64,000 nt of DNA from Haliotis rubra (lineage: Eukaryota). The position numbers and the translations under genes are program-made. The stretch is from contig NW_025765148.1 in assembly GCF_003918875.1 (NCBI RefSeq), positions 434,001 to 498,000 on the forward strand, given 5' to 3'. Below are positions 60,801-64,000 of this stretch, piece after piece; the first letter of the stretch is position 1, and each line of letters starts with the position of its first letter. The notes under the pieces are model-generated. The model was not told where the DNA came from. It saw nothing but the letters and a program-made list of their open reading frames with translations, and ran no database searches.

Positions 60801-63501
60801 TTGGGATACGATGACATGTGTCAACCAAGTCAGCGAGCCTGACCACCCGATCCCGTTAGTCGCCTTTTACGTCAAGCATGGGTTACTGAAGATCAATTGC
60901 CAGTGTACAGTAGGTATTTCACCATATAACTTGCCTACACATTACTACGAAAGTCAACTGATATTTCTTTTGTATAACTCAGCAATATTCCGGCCTTGTG
61001 ACGGCGACATGTAAATTATCAAGTCTATGACAGATAATCCAGTGACTGATATTATGAGCACCGATCTACACCGGTGGGTTACAAAGATACACTAATGATG
61101 CAAATCCCCGAACCAGACACCAATACCACGTCTCGTCCTTACGACCAGCATAGGTTGGTAGGAACCTATTAGTCTCTGAATATATATAATGCTGATAGGG
61201 AGATTCAAAACCAGAACCAGGAAATCTAGACTTGCTTCATTTAGGACTTTAGCATTGCAGAAAGGGTTGGGCAGATCGAAAAATGTTGCGTTTCAGGGAC
61301 TGTGAGACAGACTAGGAATCGTAAATTCTTGGTACAACTTGAACAAGAGACAGTTCTTGCAGTCTTATGAAATAAGGCAAGTCCCTCGTCTACTCACTTA
61401 GCGTAAGGTAGCCAAGTGCCCGCTCCACGAGGATCTTCCCATGCAGTTCTTCAATCCTCTGGAACAGAGTGTTGATGCATCCCCTGACGGTGTCCTGCAG
61501 GACGGTAGTGTCACTAGGGGAGTAGGACCGCCACTTAAGCGTCTGGTCAAAAGACAGTTTCAGAAACAGCGGCAGCGGGCACCTGTTGAAGGCCTCCTGT
61601 ACCGTTTGTCTCTGACCAGGGGTCAACCTTCGTCCTGCTTGGTCAAGCCACGTGTCCACTATGCTGGTCACTTCAGGCAGCGCCAGTGTGGGGACTTCAG
61701 CATAGTTAGAGCTACTGGGGAACAGGGCCTGAAATATTTCAATAGGATTGTATATAGTTTGAACAATGATATTGACAGCAATCATCACCGAAAACTTTCG
61801 TAAATCCAGCATCTCGAAAACTTGTACCACTAAATCCAAAACAACACATAAATTAATGTATGTCTATAACACGCCATATACGGCCAAAAGAATGGTCAAT
61901 GCGCAAAATTTTATTCATATCAATGGCTTTGTGGGCAGTTGAATGATATTCTCAGCTTCCTTCCGAACAGCTTCGTTAGCCACTAAAAGCAGGAGATGCA
62001 ATGTTTTGGTTTGCCATAACGATATCGTGGGTAACCGAACCAATTTTAACAAACTGAACGGTGGTAAAACTAAAACAGAATCGGCCAATCAGAGAACAGC
62101 TCTGCAACACACACCCATTCGGTGCGGGTCTGATGTCGGCCATTTGTGCAAAGATGATTTCAAAGTGGCGCTATCGGTCAATATTATCAAACAGTGATAA
62201 ACATTTCATATATATCATTTATTGGAATAGATTGTAAAATCACCCCAGAATAGTTAGATTTGCTAAATATAGAAAAAGCGATGCACGGCGAGTGGAGCTG
62301 TACCACGAAGCGTTTGGCTCTGTGTAAAGATATATAGGACAGTGCACTTCTGACACTCGTGAGGTTTTGAGATTTGAAAATCTTTAAGCAATGACACAAA
62401 CCAGGTTGTATTGTACTCAATAAAAGCATCAAACCCTGTTTACTCACCTTTAATCGTGGTAGAATTTCATATTTTTCATCCGGGAGAGTTGATAAAACAA
62501 TCTTAACATTAAGCGGAAGTTCTCGTGGTAACCATAGCAACTGCCTGGCATCACCGGAAGGGTCAAGCTGGTCCAGAGAATCCAAGAAGAGGACGAGCGG
62601 CGTCTCCGCTGTTTTTCTGGACAAGGCTGCCTTGAAGAACTCTCGCAGCTCCTTAATTGTCTGGTATACAGAGAATGACTGTGTTAGATTCAGACATACA
62701 CGTGTTACACAGTAGGATGACAGACAATAATATTGTGGTGTACTTAAACTGTAAAAGGGCCCGATTGGGTGGCCTAAAGGTAATAGCATTAGTCGCCACG
62801 CTGAAGACCCACGTTCGATTCCTTAATTAGATGTGTGCAGCCAATTTCTGGTGCCACCTGTTTAGTTATTGCTATAGCTGCGCTTACCTCACTCACTGTA
62901 ATGCAAAATGGATATTAACTAATTTGCTGATTGTTTTCAAGTTATTGGTGGGACACACAATGTCTTCGGATGGACAGAGTTTATAGCTCTAATTATATAT
63001 TTTAGGTCAGTGGTATAAAAATGAATATTATTTACCTATAGCATCTATAATAATTATTATAATAATCGGAAATTGCATTATTTGTGTCACACATTCGACT
63101 TTTAAATATATATTCACCTGTTTCGAATTTGTGGTATCTACAAATGATATTACTGATATGAAACCATAGATTTATGATGTCAAGAGAATTAATATGATGT
63201 GTGACAACTAAATATATATTTTATTGATATCGGAATATCGATTTACATATACTAATAGAAGCTTAATCTAAATTCGAATTGCAAAACCAATACATAAAGA
63301 CATGACTTCATGAATAGTGATTAAAATTATTCCAGAAGTGTAACCCATGCAGAGTCATGTCAAAAGGGACAGGATAGGCTGCTAGCTGTAGTTACCGGAG
63401 GCAGATCGGACGTATCGAATGTGTACAATTCCCCGAGCTGTGAGATGAGGCTGATGAGGAGGCTGCCGATGTTGGAGCTGTCCGGGGTCGTGCCGATGAA
63501 C
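48823..63501 (-). CDS. NACHT domain- and WD40 repeat-containing protein (NWD1/NWD2-like), 3' part; 5' end lies beyond the window; apparent frameshift(s)
   Basis: 18 GT-AG exons, phase-consistent apart from the extra base(s) noted below: 63501-63396, 62660-62448, 61728-61398, 60535-60233, 59701-59485, 59014-58858, 58242-58074, 57519-57157, 56329-56083, 55221-54897, 54081-53952, 53467-53289 (or 53308), 53169-53060, 51836-51623, 51365-51240, 50347-50181, 49820-49664, 48908-48823 (stop). Motifs: RFIGTTPDSS; Walker B PLVLFLDSLDQL; WLPRELP; PLPLFLKLSF; GLSETELEDILSCDDDVLNDVY.YW.PPIRRLPPLL; YWYHRQF (NWD1/2 family); WD repeats (DNSVKTWD, VVIWD, DLMLRIWD). Exon 56329-56083 is 1 nt too long for its phases, as is 53467-53289 if that donor is used. 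Confidence 0.9.
49036..49170 (+). mobile_element. SINE family A
   Basis: Matches consensus with deletions; flanked by ttcgactacac repeat. Confidence 0.8.
49310..49552 (-). mobile_element. SINE family B
   Basis: Full-length reverse copy; others at ~55810-55970, 60694-60897, 60975-61160. Confidence 0.88.
50397..50557 (-). mobile_element. SINE family A
   Basis: Matches consensus; flanked by ctttactgta repeat. Confidence 0.9.
51924..52982 (+). mobile_element. Nested-inverted-repeat DNA element, longer copy (NWD intron; contains a SINE)
   Basis: Outer imperfect TIR tttatcatccaa...gcttgt.gagatcaa..gatatctcc at both ends; central hairpin 52162-52340; SINE inserted at 52428-52597. Confidence 0.7.
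52428..52597 (-). mobile_element. SINE family A
   Basis: Near-consensus copy flanked by cgtgcatatgaat repeat. Further diverged copies at ~46990-47090, 51435-51520, 53570-53680, 54715-54860, 58533-58690, 59156-59315, 59841-59993, 62760-62896. Confidence 0.9.
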
Positions 63502-64000
63502 CTGCAGAAAATTAACTACAACTGCTGCATCCAAGACACATCATTATGCACATGATGTGGTATCTACATGTACAATGTGACCTTGCAGTTCATACCAACC
63601 CGTAGCAGCCGAGCTACGTAATCTAGGGATACAGCGTCTTGCCGAAGATCGGTGTCCGATCCCCAGCCACGTCATAGAGAAGCTGTCTGTTGTTTCTCTG
63701 CCTTCCGCACGGCATTAAGACGATCCAACAAGGACTTGTTGGCTGTGAGAGGTATATTTGTGATAAACAGAGCATGGTACCCCAGTGATAAGCCACTACT
63801 ATTACAAGCAGACACACACAAACCGGGCGTATGCACGTACACATTTCGAATAAATTCAAACGCGACGTGAAACCCCATTTCATCGTACACATATAAAACA
63901 CTGACATACCCCTGTCTGGTCTGTTACAGTGATCGCTTTCTCTTTGTATGACCAAGTAACAACCCTCCTTTTGAAGTCGTATCAGGTGACACATGAAAAA

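Overview
This is eukaryotic, intron-containing, repeat-rich animal DNA. The SINE families and gene content suggest a gastropod mollusc, probably abalone (inference). There are two N-gaps (5978-6165, 34807-34980). Most ORFs in the supplied track are spurious or single exons. Manual splicing recovers (i) a cluster of three paralogous genes for small secreted Cys-rich peptides with prokineticin/colipase-fold cysteine spacing: gene A + 17170-22740, gene B - 38138-31321, gene C - 45911-39930; and (ii) the 3' 18 exons of a NACHT + WD40 (NWD1/NWD2-like) gene on the minus strand (63501-48823), with one clear and one possible +1 frameshift. The peptide cluster has several unusual features: a G-[KR]-R processing-like motif inside a disulfide-bounded loop, a duplicated cassette exon in gene A, a 73-bp minisatellite built from gene B's own exon 2/5' splice site, and AGGTCA nuclear-receptor elements upstream of all three genes (a perfect ERE palindrome at gene C). 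The rest is minisatellites (17, 41, 42, 43, 54, 60, 73 bp), two SINE families, non-autonomous DNA transposons (Kolobok-, Harbinger-, Academ-like) and Penelope-like ends. All gene models are hand-derived from splice signals and phase consistency, not from transcripts.
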